The notes beneath the pieces were generated by a model, which worked only from the letters and a program-made list of their open reading frames with translations, was not told the DNA's origin and did no database searches. Below are positions 9,668 to 19,203 of a DNA stretch of 64,000 nt, one piece after another (positions within the stretch are counted from its first letter, which is position 1; each line of letters starts with the position of its first letter). The position numbers and the translations under genes were made by a program. The DNA comes from Longimicrobiales bacterium (GTDB taxonomy: Bacteria > Gemmatimonadota > Gemmatimonadetes > Longimicrobiales > Gaopeijiaceae): the NCBI GenBank assembly GCA_965211905.1, contig CBDBTX010000002.1, forward strand, positions 820,248 to 884,247, in the 5' to 3' direction.

Positions 9668-10707
9668 TCCGCCACCTCCCTGGCCGCTGCGGCATCGGAT
9701 GCCTCGGACGTGCCGGCCGCCGCACCGCCGGTGTCCCCGTCCGCCGCTGCATCGTCCGCGGCAGAGCCGCCGGAGCCCGCCCCCGGGTCATGCGTCGTCA
9801 GTTCGCGGAACACCTGCTCCAGCGTCGCGCGCTCGCGCCGCAGCTCCCACAGCACCCAGCCCCGCTCGGTCGCCATCCGGAAGATCACGGGGCGCAACTC
9901 CTCATCACCCGTCGCCTCCAGATTCACCCGCACCCGCCCGTTCACCGCCGTGGCCGTGTGGTCGGCGACCCCGGGCAGCCCGCGCAGCGCCTCCGCCACC
10001 CCGTCCCCCGCCGCCTCGACCGTGTACCGCGAAATCCCGCGCCCCGCGTCCATCAGCTCGGCAACCGTGCCGTCCGCCGCAATAGAGCCGCGCGAGATGA
10101 TCAGCAGCCGGTCGCAGACCGCCTCGACCTCCTGCATCACATGCGTGCTGAGGATCACCGTGCGCTCGCTCCCCAGCGAATTCACCAGCTTGCGGATCTC
10201 CACACGCTGGTTGGGGTCCAGTCCCTCGGTGGGCTCGTCGAGCACGAGGATCTCCGGTTGATGAAGGATCGCGCCGGCCATTCCGGTACGCTGCCGGAAC
10301 CCCTTCGAGATCTCGCTGATGGGGCGGAAGAACACCTCCCCCAGCCCCGTCTCGTCCACCGCGTCGGAAATCGCCGGCCGGGCCGCGCCCGGATCCATGC
10401 CCCGCAGCCTTGCCACGTACTGCAGGAACTCGCAGACGAGCATGTCGTCGTAGAGCGGATTCGCCTCGGGCAGATACCCCACCCGCGACTTGGCCTCGGT
10501 GAGGCGGTCCGCGATGGGCGCGCCGTCGAACAGAATGGTGCCCTCGTCGGGCTGGAGCGTTCCGGTGAGCATGCGCATCGTGGTCGTCTTCCCGGCCCCG
10601 TTCGGTCCGAGGAACCCCACAACCTCGCCCCGGCTCACCTCGAAACTGGCGTCGTCGACCGCCACGATGGGACCGTAGCGCTTCGTCACCCCTTCGACCG
10701 AAATCAT
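9664..10707 (-). CDS. ABC transporter ATP-binding protein
   Basis: ATG at 10707 with a GGAGGA RBS. Walker A GPNGAGKTT, LSKGFRQR signature, Walker B LVLDEPTEGLD. The C-terminal tail is Ala/Asp-rich. Confidence 0.9.
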   Translation of the reverse strand: MISVEGVTKRYGPIVAVDDASFEVSRGEVVGFLGPNGAGKTTTMRMLTGTLQPDEGTILFDGAPIADRLTEAKSRVGYLPEANPLYDDMLVCEFLQYVARLRGMDPGAARPAISDAVDETGLGEVFFRPISEISKGFRQRTGMAGAILHQPEILVLDEPTEGLDPNQRVEIRKLVNSLGSERTVILSTHVMQEVEAVCDRLLIISRGSIAADGTVAELMDAGRGISRYTVEAAGDGVAEALRGLPGVADHTATAVNGRVRVNLEATGDEELRPVIFRMATERGWVLWELRRERATLEQVFRELTTHDPGAGSGGSAADDAAADGDTGGAAAGTSEASDAAAAREVAE

Positions 10708-11066
10708 CCGTCCTCCTGCATGGTGCCTGTGGTGTAACCAAAGAACACCGCGCCGCCCGCACCGGGCTGACGCGGTGGATTCCGAGCGCGCCGGGCAACC
10801 GGGAAAGCTCGTCCCGGCCACCGATCGCGAATCGGCCTGCCGCCGGCAGAAATTCTAGAAAGTCGCCCGATTAGTGTCCAGTGTGCCGGGAGGCATCCGC
10901 GGTGTCCCCGTCGCTTGTCCCGGCCCCCGCGAGTCCGTACTTTGGCAGTGTACAAACAGGGGGAATCGCCCCGGTGGCGAGGCGCCATCGCGCCACTCCA
11001 GGCAACGAAAACGTCGCACCGAAGCAAAAGGCTTCCTGCGCAACCAACACGACAGGAGAAGAGCGA

Positions 11067-13817
11067 ATGAAACGACTCTATCCAGCCTTCGCATTGCTGC
11101 TGGCGGCAATGCCCCTGACCGCCCAGGAGAGCGGCACCGTGACCGGAAGCGTCACATCGGAGGGTGCCGGCGTCGCGAGCGCCCAGGTGGTGCTGTCGCA
11201 GGCCGTGACCGGTGCCCAGTACGGTGGCCTCACCAACGACAGCGGGCGCTTCAACATCATCGGCGTTCCGGCCGGCTCCTACGAGGTCATGGTCCAGCTG
11301 ATCGGCTTCACCGCCGAGGCGCAGGATGTAACCGTCGCGGCCGGCGGGACCGCGACCCTCGACTTCTCGCTGACGCCCACCGCGCTGGCGCTGGGCGGCA
11401 TCGAGGTGCTCGCCGAGCGCGCCGAAGAGCGCCGCACCCCCGTGGCCTTCACCGACGTCTCGAAGACCGAGATCCAGGCACAGCTCGGTTCGCGCGACCT
11501 GCCCCTGGTGCTCAACATCACCCCGTCGGTCTACGCGACCGCGCAGGGCGGCGGGGCCGGCGACGCCCGCATCAACGTCCGCGGTTTCAACCAGCGCAAC
11601 ACAGCCGTGATGATGAACGGCGTGCCCGTCAACGACATGGAGAACGGCTGGGTCTACTGGTCCAACTGGGACGGAGTCGGCGACGCCGCCACCAGCATCC
11701 AGCTGCAGCGCGGCCTGAGCGCGGTCAACCTGGCCACGCCCTCCATCGGCGGGACCCTGAACGTCATCACCGACCCCAGCGCCCTCAGCCCCGGCTACAC
11801 CCTCATGCAGGAATTCGGCTCGGGCAATTTCCTGAAGACGACGATGACCGCGTCCACCGGACCGGTCGGGAACTTCTCCATGACGGCTTCGGGGATCCGC
11901 AAGACCGGCGACGGGATCATCGACGGCGTGTGGACCGATGCCTGGGCCTTCTACATCGCTTCGCAGTACAAGCTCGGCGACCGGAACCGGATCGAGCTCT
12001 ACGCCCTGGGGGCGCCCCAGCGCCACGGCCAGCGGCTCTACAGGCTCAACATCGCCACGATCGACCGCGATTTCGCGGCTTCGCTCGACGACTATGATCC
12101 GGCCGGTCTGGATCGCTTTTCGAACGAAGCCGGCCGCTTCTGGAACCCGAACGTCGCCGGCGTCGACCCCAGCTACATAGGACGCCAGTACAACAGCACC
12201 GGCCCGGGCGCCGGCGTCTCCAGCCGCTTCTCCAGCGACTTCCTGAACGAGCGCGAGAACTACTTCCACAAGCCCCAGGTCAACATGAACTGGTACTCGT
12301 ACCTGGGGGACGGCCTGACCGCCAATACCGTGGCCTACTACTCGGGCGGAAACGGCGGCGGCACCGGCACCTACGGGTCGCTACGCTGGGATTACACCTA
12401 CGGCCAGCGCTTCGCCGACTGGAACGCGACGATCGCGCGCAACCGCGGCAGCGACAACGGCGGGTCCTTCGGCATCCTGCGCAACTCGGTGAACAACCAG
12501 GACACCTGGGGCGTCATCAGCAGCCTGCAGAAGGAATTCGACAACGGTCTGAACACGGTCTTCGGCATCGACTGGCGGACCGCGACGATCGAGCACTACC
12601 GCGAAGTCCGCGACCTGCTCGGCGGCGAGTTCTACAACGACTGCTTCCGCGGCTGCAGCTCAGACTTCTGGACCGAGGAGCAGGGCAACCGCAGCCTCGG
12701 CGACAAGATCAACTACCACAACGAGAACGACGTCAATTGGTTCGGCGCCCACCTCCAGGCCGAAAAGTCGTCGCTCGCGGGCTCCTACTACGGCATGGTC
12801 GGGGTTTCCCGCATCTCCTACGACTTCACCGACTTCTTCACCCGGGGCTCGACCGGCGGTTTCCACCAGCTCAGCAGCGGCGGCCTGACCGGCTATCAGC
12901 TGAAGGGCGGGGCGCAGCGCAACCTCAACCCGGAGTGGTCCCTGTACGGCAACGCCGGGCTGGTCTCGAAGGTGCCGATCTTCGACGGCGTCATCGACGA
13001 CAACCGCGGCATCCTCAACCCGGACCCCACCAACGAGACCTTCACGTCGTTCGAGGCGGGCACGCGCTTCCGCTCCCTGAACCGGCAGGTCTCGCTGGAC
13101 GCCAACATCTACTTCACGCAGTGGAACAACCGGACCCGCAACCTGTTCATCCGCAACCTCCTGGGCGACAACCAGGACGGTCTGGTGAACCTGCTCGGCG
13201 TCGACGCGCGCCACATGGGCTTCGAACTCGAAGCCGCCTTCCAGCCCAGCGACTGGATGCGCGTCGACGGCGCGTTCTCCTACGGTGACTGGAAGTACAC
13301 CAACGATCCCACGGGCACCTACAAGCCCGACGACCGGCAGGCGGAGACGGAGGAGTACAGCTTCTTCCTGAACGGTCTGTATGTGGGCGACGCGCCCCAG
13401 GTCCAGTTGGCGTACGCGCTGTCGGTGTTCCCGTCCGGGGGGTTCTACGCGCGCCTGGTGGGCAAGACCTACGGCAAGCACTACGCCGATTTCGATCCGT
13501 TCGGCCGCACCAGCAACGTCGACGCGGGCATCCAGTCCTGGAGGCCGCCCGGGTACACGGTCTTCGACCTCCACACGTCCTACCGGCTGCCCTCCGATCT
13601 GGCGGCGGCCTTCGGCGGGAACGTGCAGATCTTCCTGCACGCCTTCAACGTCCTGGACAGGGTATATGTCCAGGATGCGCGTGACAACTCGCGCTTCAAC
13701 GGCTTTCGGGACGCTGCCGAGCGCGAGCGCGGACACCTGAGCCACAAGGCCGACGACGCCGAGGTGCACCTTGGCTACCCGCGGTCGATCAACTTCGGAT
13801 TCAGGATCGCTCATTAG
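11067..13817 (+). CDS. TonB-dependent receptor with an N-terminal carboxypeptidase-regulatory-like domain
   Basis: ATG at 11067 after GGAGAAGAG. Signal peptide, then GTVTGSVTSEG..A.V CarboxypepD_reg, a plug domain (INVRGFN), and a C-terminal beta-barrel ending in an aromatic-containing strand. Confidence 0.85.
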   Translation: MKRLYPAFALLLAAMPLTAQESGTVTGSVTSEGAGVASAQVVLSQAVTGAQYGGLTNDSGRFNIIGVPAGSYEVMVQLIGFTAEAQDVTVAAGGTATLDFSLTPTALALGGIEVLAERAEERRTPVAFTDVSKTEIQAQLGSRDLPLVLNITPSVYATAQGGGAGDARINVRGFNQRNTAVMMNGVPVNDMENGWVYWSNWDGVGDAATSIQLQRGLSAVNLATPSIGGTLNVITDPSALSPGYTLMQEFGSGNFLKTTMTASTGPVGNFSMTASGIRKTGDGIIDGVWTDAWAFYIASQYKLGDRNRIELYALGAPQRHGQRLYRLNIATIDRDFAASLDDYDPAGLDRFSNEAGRFWNPNVAGVDPSYIGRQYNSTGPGAGVSSRFSSDFLNERENYFHKPQVNMNWYSYLGDGLTANTVAYYSGGNGGGTGTYGSLRWDYTYGQRFADWNATIARNRGSDNGGSFGILRNSVNNQDTWGVISSLQKEFDNGLNTVFGIDWRTATIEHYREVRDLLGGEFYNDCFRGCSSDFWTEEQGNRSLGDKINYHNENDVNWFGAHLQAEKSSLAGSYYGMVGVSRISYDFTDFFTRGSTGGFHQLSSGGLTGYQLKGGAQRNLNPEWSLYGNAGLVSKVPIFDGVIDDNRGILNPDPTNETFTSFEAGTRFRSLNRQVSLDANIYFTQWNNRTRNLFIRNLLGDNQDGLVNLLGVDARHMGFELEAAFQPSDWMRVDGAFSYGDWKYTNDPTGTYKPDDRQAETEEYSFFLNGLYVGDAPQVQLAYALSVFPSGGFYARLVGKTYGKHYADFDPFGRTSNVDAGIQSWRPPGYTVFDLHTSYRLPSDLAAAFGGNVQIFLHAFNVLDRVYVQDARDNSRFNGFRDAAERERGHLSHKADDAEVHLGYPRSINFGFRIAH

Positions 13818-13871
13818 TTGATTGAAGGGCGGTGATGGCCGGGCGGCGGCCCGGTCCTCGCCGGCCCGGAG

Positions 13872-13901
13872 GGCCCCCGCGCCGACGCCGGCGCGGGGGC
13901 C
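13872..13901. terminator. GC-rich perfect hairpin between convergent genes
   Basis: GGCCCCCGCGCCG-acgc-CGGCGCGGGGGCC: a 13-bp perfect stem with a 4-nt loop. It lies between the TonB receptor (+) and the hydrolase (-). No strong U-tract. Confidence 0.5.
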
Positions 13902-13953
13902 TTCGCATTCAGGGAGGGGATTACCTGCGGTGAGAGCGCCGGCCCGAGAGGCG

Positions 13954-14000
13954 CCCACCTCGGGATCTGTACCCACCTCGGGATCTGCACCCACCCCTCG
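13954..14000. repeat. 18-nt tandem repeat, about 2.6 copies
   Basis: CCCACCTCGGGATCTGTA, then CCCACCTCGGGATCTGCA, then the partial CCCACCCCTCG, read directly from the sequence. Confidence 0.8.
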
Positions 14001-14002
14001 CC

Positions 14003-14047
14003 GTCCCATCCGGGCATCGCCGTGTCCCTGGTGATTCCCGCGGGACC
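14003..14047. repeat. 45-nt intergenic repeat, copy 2 (REP-like)
   Basis: 38/45 identical to 3733..3777. It lies 19 nt beyond the stop of the minus-strand hydrolase gene. Confidence 0.7.
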
Positions 14048-14065
14048 ACCGCGCGGGTCAGCTCG

Positions 14066-14986
14066 TCAGGCCAGCCCGGCCACCAGCAGCTCGAGCAGCG
14101 CCTCGGGGTTCTCCGTGTTCACCCAGTGCCCGCCGCTGACCTCGTGCAGGAAGACTTGCCCGGTACCGCGCGCCGCCCCCCGGATGCGGTGCCCCGCCGC
14201 CTCATCCAGCACGCTCGACCCCAGCGCCCGGATGAAGTGGAGATCGGTCCCGGCCGGAGGACTCTCGGCCACGTCCCAGGCATCCGTCCGGAAGTAGTCC
14301 CGCAGATAGGCCTCCATCTCGTCCGGGTCGAGGCGCCACTGCAGTCCGGCGTCGGTTCGCACCGCGTTGATGGCCATCCAGTTCGCCACCAGCGGCGGGA
14401 ACCCCTCCGACGCCACCGCGTCGACCGCCTCGGCGCGGCTCCCGAACGGGCCCGGATGCCGCCGGAGCATTCCCAGCATCCGCCAGGCGCCGCCCCCGGG
14501 CCGGCCCCCGCTCGGTGACGAGTCGACGATCCAGAGCTGAAGGCGCGCGCCGGCGCCTCGCTGGAGCCCGCCCGTCTCGTGCCGGAGCCCGCCCGCCCGC
14601 TGGAGCCCGCCCGTTCGCTGGAGCCCGCCGCCGTCCGGCCCGCCTTCTTCCGGCCCGCCGCCGCCCCCCCGCTGCCGCGCATACACCAGCGCGACCTTCC
14701 CCCCGAACGAATGCCCCAGCACGGCGTCTGCCGGGCGGCCGAGGTGATCCTCCAGACTCAGCAGGTCGGCCGCGCAGCAGTCGATCGTATGCGGCGCCAG
14801 CCTGGGCGACTGCCCGTGCGAGCGCAGATCCACCAGCACGACCCGCCACTCGGGCCGGGCCCGCACCAGGCGGCGCGCGATCGTCCCCCAGTTCCTGCCC
14901 GCGCCGTAGATTCCGTGCAGGAGCAGCATCTGCCGCCTCGGCGCCGAACCGGGTGCCTCAACGATTTCGTGGTGCAAGGTGGCCAT
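14066..14986 (-). CDS. Alpha/beta-fold hydrolase with an internal Gly-rich tandem-repeat insert
   Basis: ATG at 14986. LLLHGIYGAG oxyanion region, nucleophile elbow GHSFGG, C-terminal VSGGHW. The insert GGLQRTGGLQRAGGLRHETGGLQRG follows the elbow. Confidence 0.8.
   Translation of the reverse strand: MATLHHEIVEAPGSAPRRQMLLLHGIYGAGRNWGTIARRLVRARPEWRVVLVDLRSHGQSPRLAPHTIDCCAADLLSLEDHLGRPADAVLGHSFGGKVALVYARQRGGGGGPEEGGPDGGGLQRTGGLQRAGGLRHETGGLQRGAGARLQLWIVDSSPSGGRPGGGAWRMLGMLRRHPGPFGSRAEAVDAVASEGFPPLVANWMAINAVRTDAGLQWRLDPDEMEAYLRDYFRTDAWDVAESPPAGTDLHFIRALGSSVLDEAAGHRIRGAARGTGQVFLHEVSGGHWVNTENPEALLELLVAGLA
14557..14640. repeat. Imperfect 18-21-nt tandem repeat inside the hydrolase coding sequence
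   Basis: There are three GCTGGAGCCCGCC units plus one GCCGGAGCCCGCC variant. On the minus strand they encode GGLQR-type peptide repeats. Confidence 0.75.
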
Positions 14987-15040
14987 GGAGTATGTTATCA
15001 CCGTGCGCGGCATCCTCCGCGCCGGCACGCCACCCATGGG

Positions 15041-17317
15041 ATGACAGACGACGACGTGAAGCGGACGCGAACATCACTCTCTGCCGGAGCCCTGCTGGCC
15101 GCCTCGCTGGCGATACCGGGCGGCCTTCACGGCCAACTCCGCCCTCTGCAATCCTCACCCGACTCCCCGATCACCATCCCCCGCCTTTCGGGCGAGATCG
15201 TGCTGGACGGCGTCGTGGACGAGGCGGCCTGGGACGAACTCGCGCCCTTCGAGATGACCATGTATCAGCCCAACTTCGGCGGCGCGCTCACGGAGCGGAC
15301 CGAGGTTTGGGTGGCGCACGACGACAGCTACCTCTACGTCGCGGGACGGATGTGGGACTCCGACCCCGACGGGATCCGGACGGGGACGTTCTACCGCGAC
15401 CAGTACAGCGGCGACGACATCCTGTCGGTGATCATCGACAGCTACAACGACTACGAGACCGCGGTCTGGTTCACGGTGAATCCGTCGGGAGTGCGCCAGG
15501 ACCGGACGGTCTCGAACGACGCCGAGTTCACCAACGGCATGCCGATGAGCTGGGACTGGAATTCGTACTGGGACGTGGTCACCACGCAGACCGACGAGGG
15601 GTGGTTCGCCGAGTTCCGGATTCCGTTCTCGACGCTGGGCTTTCAGGTCACCGGCAACGAGGTGGAGATGGGGCTGATCCTCTACCGCGCGGTGGCCCGC
15701 AAGAACGAGCGCCAGACCTTTCCGCCGATCGAGCCCAGGTGGGGACGTCTGGGGTTCGCCAAGCCGTCGAGAGCGCAGCGCGTGGTGCTCCGCGACGTTC
15801 AGCAGTCCGCACCGGTGTACCTGACACCGTTTACGCTGGGCGGCTTCAAGCAGAATCCGGTGCTCGCCGAGCCGCCCGAGGTGCCGCGGGCCGAATGGCG
15901 GACTGAGCGGGACCCCACCACCGAACTGGGGCTCGACCTCAAGTACTCGCCCACCTCGAATCTCGCGCTCGACCTCACGCTCAACACCGATTTCGCGCAG
16001 GTCGAGGCGGACGATCAGCAGATCAACCTGACCCGCTTCGCGCTGTTCTTTCCCGAGAAGCGGCAGTTCTTCCAGGAGCGCGCCTCGACCTTCGACTTCA
16101 ACACGGGCGGCATGTTCAACCGGCTCTTCCACAGCCGCCGGATCGGGCTGGACCAGGGCGAGATCGTCCGCATCTACGGGGGCGCTCGGGCGGTGGGGCG
16201 CTGGGCAGGCACCGACTTCGGCTTTCTCAGCATGCAGACCGCCCCGCACGGCGACCTGTCGTCGGAGAACGTCGGCGTGTTTCGGCTGCGCCAGCAGGTC
16301 ATCGACGACTTTTCGAGCGTCGGCGGCATGCTGACCACGCGCCTCGGGTCGTCCGGGCGCAACAACACCGCCTACGGCCTTGACGCGGTCATCCGGTGGT
16401 TCGGCTACGAATACCTGATCTTCCAATGGGCCCACACCTTCGACGAGGCGGCCGATCAGGCGGGCGGACTGGAGTCGGGGCTCGGGAGGGTCCGGCTGGA
16501 GCGCCGCCGCGACGAGGGGTTCTCCTACTACGCCGAGGGGATCCGGGTGGGTGAGGACTACCTGCCGGGCCTCGGTTTCCAGCTGCGGAAGGATTTCACC
16601 TACGGCGGCGCCCAGCTGCGCTACCGGCAGTTGCGGGACGACTCGTCGCCGCTCCTCGCTCGCGCGCTGCAGATCAGCACGGCCCAGTACTTCCGCAACG
16701 CGGACCGGACCGCCGAGTCCCGCGAGATCAAGCCCGAGATCGAGTTCGATTTCCGCGACGGGTCCAACCTGACCGTGGGGGCGCTGTCGAGCTTCGAGAG
16801 CGTGCGCGAAGCGTTCCCGATCTCGGACGTGGTGATTCCGGCGGGCGAGTACTGGTTCCACGAGGCGACGGCCATGCTCAGGTTTCCGCGCAGCGACCTC
16901 CTCCGGGGCGATTTCGAGGCCTCGGTGGGGAGCTTCTACGGCGGCAGCCGGGTCAGGCTGTCGCTGAAGCCCGTGTGGGTCGTTTCGAAATTCCTGGAAC
17001 TGGAGGCGGGCTACGAGGTCAACCGCCTGGACTTCGCCGACCGGGGGGTCGCAACCACCGCCCAGCTGGGAAGCCTGAGAGTCAAGACGGCGCTGAATCC
17101 CAAGGTGTCGATGAGCACCTTCGGCCAGTACAACGGCGCCACCGACCAGACGAGCCTGAACGTGCGCTTCCGCTATCACTTCCGCGAGGGCACCGACCTC
17201 TGGATCGTCTACAACGAGGGCTTCAACAACGTGCGCGACGACGGGCTGGGGCCGCGGCGTCCGCTGTCGTCGGGGCGGGCGCTGCTGGTGAAGTACTCGC
17301 ATACGTTTGCGAGGTGA
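15041..17317 (+). CDS. DUF5916 / carbohydrate-binding family 9-like secreted protein
   Basis: ATG at 15041. Signal peptide, then ITIPRLSGEIVLDGVVDEAAWDE and YLYVAGRMWDSDP, which are typical of CBM9/DUF5916. A long beta-rich C-terminal region follows. Confidence 0.7.
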   Translation: MTDDDVKRTRTSLSAGALLAASLAIPGGLHGQLRPLQSSPDSPITIPRLSGEIVLDGVVDEAAWDELAPFEMTMYQPNFGGALTERTEVWVAHDDSYLYVAGRMWDSDPDGIRTGTFYRDQYSGDDILSVIIDSYNDYETAVWFTVNPSGVRQDRTVSNDAEFTNGMPMSWDWNSYWDVVTTQTDEGWFAEFRIPFSTLGFQVTGNEVEMGLILYRAVARKNERQTFPPIEPRWGRLGFAKPSRAQRVVLRDVQQSAPVYLTPFTLGGFKQNPVLAEPPEVPRAEWRTERDPTTELGLDLKYSPTSNLALDLTLNTDFAQVEADDQQINLTRFALFFPEKRQFFQERASTFDFNTGGMFNRLFHSRRIGLDQGEIVRIYGGARAVGRWAGTDFGFLSMQTAPHGDLSSENVGVFRLRQQVIDDFSSVGGMLTTRLGSSGRNNTAYGLDAVIRWFGYEYLIFQWAHTFDEAADQAGGLESGLGRVRLERRRDEGFSYYAEGIRVGEDYLPGLGFQLRKDFTYGGAQLRYRQLRDDSSPLLARALQISTAQYFRNADRTAESREIKPEIEFDFRDGSNLTVGALSSFESVREAFPISDVVIPAGEYWFHEATAMLRFPRSDLLRGDFEASVGSFYGGSRVRLSLKPVWVVSKFLELEAGYEVNRLDFADRGVATTAQLGSLRVKTALNPKVSMSTFGQYNGATDQTSLNVRFRYHFREGTDLWIVYNEGFNNVRDDGLGPRRPLSSGRALLVKYSHTFAR

Positions 17318-17355
17318 GGGGGGGGCGTGCCGCCACTGGCGCCCGGTTTGTCAGG

Positions 17356-17591
17356 GTTTTCCCGTTCGGGTAAACTTGGTGTCCAACGGCTTGCTCCACG
17401 GCTAGTTTTCCCGTTCGGGTAAATCCGATGCCTTCCGCAACGTCTCAGAGAGTTGTTTTCCCGTTCGGGTAATTCAACGGGTTTGACTGAGGTCGCGTGC
17501 TCTGTCATTTTTCCCGTTCGGGAATGCGCTTTGGATGAGAATTGAGGTCCCAAGGCACAGACCCGGCAGACATTGTTTTCCCGATCGGGAA
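17356..17591. promoter_or_regulatory. Array of five GTTTTCCCG(T/A)TCGGG(T/A)AA palindromic repeats upstream of hipB (putative HipB operators)
   Basis: The repeats start at 17356, 17405, 17455, 17508 and 17575. The core is TTCCCG-NN-CGGGAA and is a perfect palindrome in the last two copies. The last copy ends 6 nt before the hipB ATG. Confidence 0.6.
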
Positions 17592-17597
17592 GGGGCT

Positions 17598-17891
17598 ATG
17601 CAAATGACGCCTGCGGAAATTGGACGCATCGTGCGGGTTGCCCGACGGGCACAGGGTCTCCGCCAGGATCAGTTGGCGGGGGCCGCCGGTGTCGGCGTCC
17701 GTTTTCTGTCGGAACTCGAGAGAGGCAAGCCGACCGTGCGGTTGGAGAAGATGCTTGCGGTGCTCGATACCCTCGGGTGCCGGATCCTCATCGAGATGCC
17801 TCCCGGCGAAGCCGCGCCAGGTGAAGAGGCCGCGGAGCGACCCGATGCTCCGAGCGGCCGCGGCCCGACGCCGGGTTGGTCCTCGGAATGA
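17598..17891 (+). CDS. hipB: HipB-like XRE-family HTH antitoxin
   Basis: The ATG at 17598 is in frame inside ORF 17535..17891. HTH segment RAQGLRQDQLAGAAGVGVRFLSELERGK. Its stop overlaps the hipA start (ATGA). Confidence 0.8.
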   Translation: MQMTPAEIGRIVRVARRAQGLRQDQLAGAAGVGVRFLSELERGKPTVRLEKMLAVLDTLGCRILIEMPPGEAAPGEEAAERPDAPSGRGPTPGWSSE

Positions 17892-19192
17892 CCCGCTCTC
17901 TCATCGTCCGGTGGGGCAGCTCGGTTGTCGGTCGCCTTGCCCTGGATCGACACGGTGCGATGCGCTTCACCTACAACGGCGAGTGGATCGAGGACACCGC
18001 GGCGCCACCGATCTCGTTGTCGCTGCCCAAGCAGCCGCAGAGCTTCAGCCGGCGCCTTTGCCTGCCGTTCTTCGAGGGGTTGTTGCCGGAGGGTGCTCAA
18101 CGCGATGCCGCCGCTGCGGCGCTTGGCGTGTCGGCTTCGAACACCTTCCGTCTACTGGCCGGGCTCGGAGCGGAGTTGGCGGGTGCGCTCACCCTGCTGC
18201 CCGACGACGAAGAACCGGGCGGCACGGCGGCGGGTGGGGCGCCCGAGCCTCTCTCGGATGACGAACTGGTCCTGCTGCTGGAGACGATCCGGACCCGACC
18301 GTTTCTGGCTGGTGCCGCGCGGGGACCCGGGCGCATTCCGGGGGTCCCGGGGCGAGGCCTGCGGATGTCGTTGGCCGGAGGCCAGTCCAAGCTGCCTGTT
18401 GTACTGGTCGATGACCGCGTCGCGCTTCCCGCACCCGGGCAGCCGACCACGCACATTCTCAAGCCGCCGATCCCCGACCTCGACGCCGCTACCGGGAACG
18501 AGACCTTTGCGATGCGCCTTGCGGCGCGCATGGGGTTGGCGGTCGCACCGGTGCGCCCTGCAGTGGTGGCCGGCAGGACGTACCTGCTGGTGGAGCGGTA
18601 CGACCGACGGACTGCCCCGGACGGGTCGGTGGAGCGGCTGCACCAGGAGGACTTCTGCCAGGCGCTCGGGATCGTACCAGACAGGAAGTACGCGTCGGAC
18701 GGAGGTCCCGGGTTTCCACAGTGTTTCGAATTGATCCGCCGGGTCTGCACGCGTCCCGCAGGAGACGTGCTCGGGTTGCTCGATGCCGCGATCGTCCAGG
18801 TGCTGCTCGGCAACGCGGACGCCCACGGAAAGAACTACAGTCTTCTCCGAACCCGGAGTGGCCAACTGGGGCTGGCTCCGCTCTACGACCTTCTGTCGAC
18901 CATTGCCTATCCGCGCTACTCCCCGCGGTTCGCGATGAGCATCGCGGGCCGCAGAACCCTGAAAGAACTGCGGCGCGGTGACTGGGACCGGTTCGCGAGA
19001 CGGTGCGGATTGGGGCCGCGGTTCGTCCGGCAGCGTGTGGCGGAGCTGTGTGCCGCGGCGAGCGAGGCGGGTGGTGCGGTGGCGACGGAACTCACGCTGC
19101 CCGGACTTCGGGAGGAGGCACTTGTGAGCCAGGCCGAGCTGGTCGCGAAGCGGGCGGCACGCCTGGCCAACACGGTGGTGCAAAACCCGTGA
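17888..19192 (+). CDS. hipA: HipA-family serine/threonine kinase toxin
   Basis: N-terminal coupling domain (FFEGLLPEG), LAGGQSKLPV, and a catalytic GNADAHGKNYSLL motif. Confidence 0.9.
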   Translation: MTRSLIVRWGSSVVGRLALDRHGAMRFTYNGEWIEDTAAPPISLSLPKQPQSFSRRLCLPFFEGLLPEGAQRDAAAAALGVSASNTFRLLAGLGAELAGALTLLPDDEEPGGTAAGGAPEPLSDDELVLLLETIRTRPFLAGAARGPGRIPGVPGRGLRMSLAGGQSKLPVVLVDDRVALPAPGQPTTHILKPPIPDLDAATGNETFAMRLAARMGLAVAPVRPAVVAGRTYLLVERYDRRTAPDGSVERLHQEDFCQALGIVPDRKYASDGGPGFPQCFELIRRVCTRPAGDVLGLLDAAIVQVLLGNADAHGKNYSLLRTRSGQLGLAPLYDLLSTIAYPRYSPRFAMSIAGRRTLKELRRGDWDRFARRCGLGPRFVRQRVAELCAAASEAGGAVATELTLPGLREEALVSQAELVAKRAARLANTVVQNP

Positions 19193-19203
19193 TCCGCACG
19201 TCC

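Noticed and set aside
10950-11066. Possible cobalamin riboswitch upstream of the TonB-dependent receptor (GGGAAUCGCCCCGGUGGCG ... GCCACUC)
   Set aside because: The resemblance is only partial. The B12 box is imperfect (GCCACUC, not GCCACUG) and the flanking conserved GGGAAGGC and pairing elements are not evident. The receptor is a CarboxypepD_reg type rather than BtuB-like. A covariance-model scan would settle it.
17356-17591. Possible mini CRISPR array (five GTTTTCCCGTTCGGGTAA repeats with ~31-35-nt spacers)
   Set aside because: The repeat is only ~18 nt, with just five copies and irregular last spacings. No cas genes are in the window. The final copy overlaps the hipB translation-initiation region. 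The palindromic core fits an HTH-dimer operator better.
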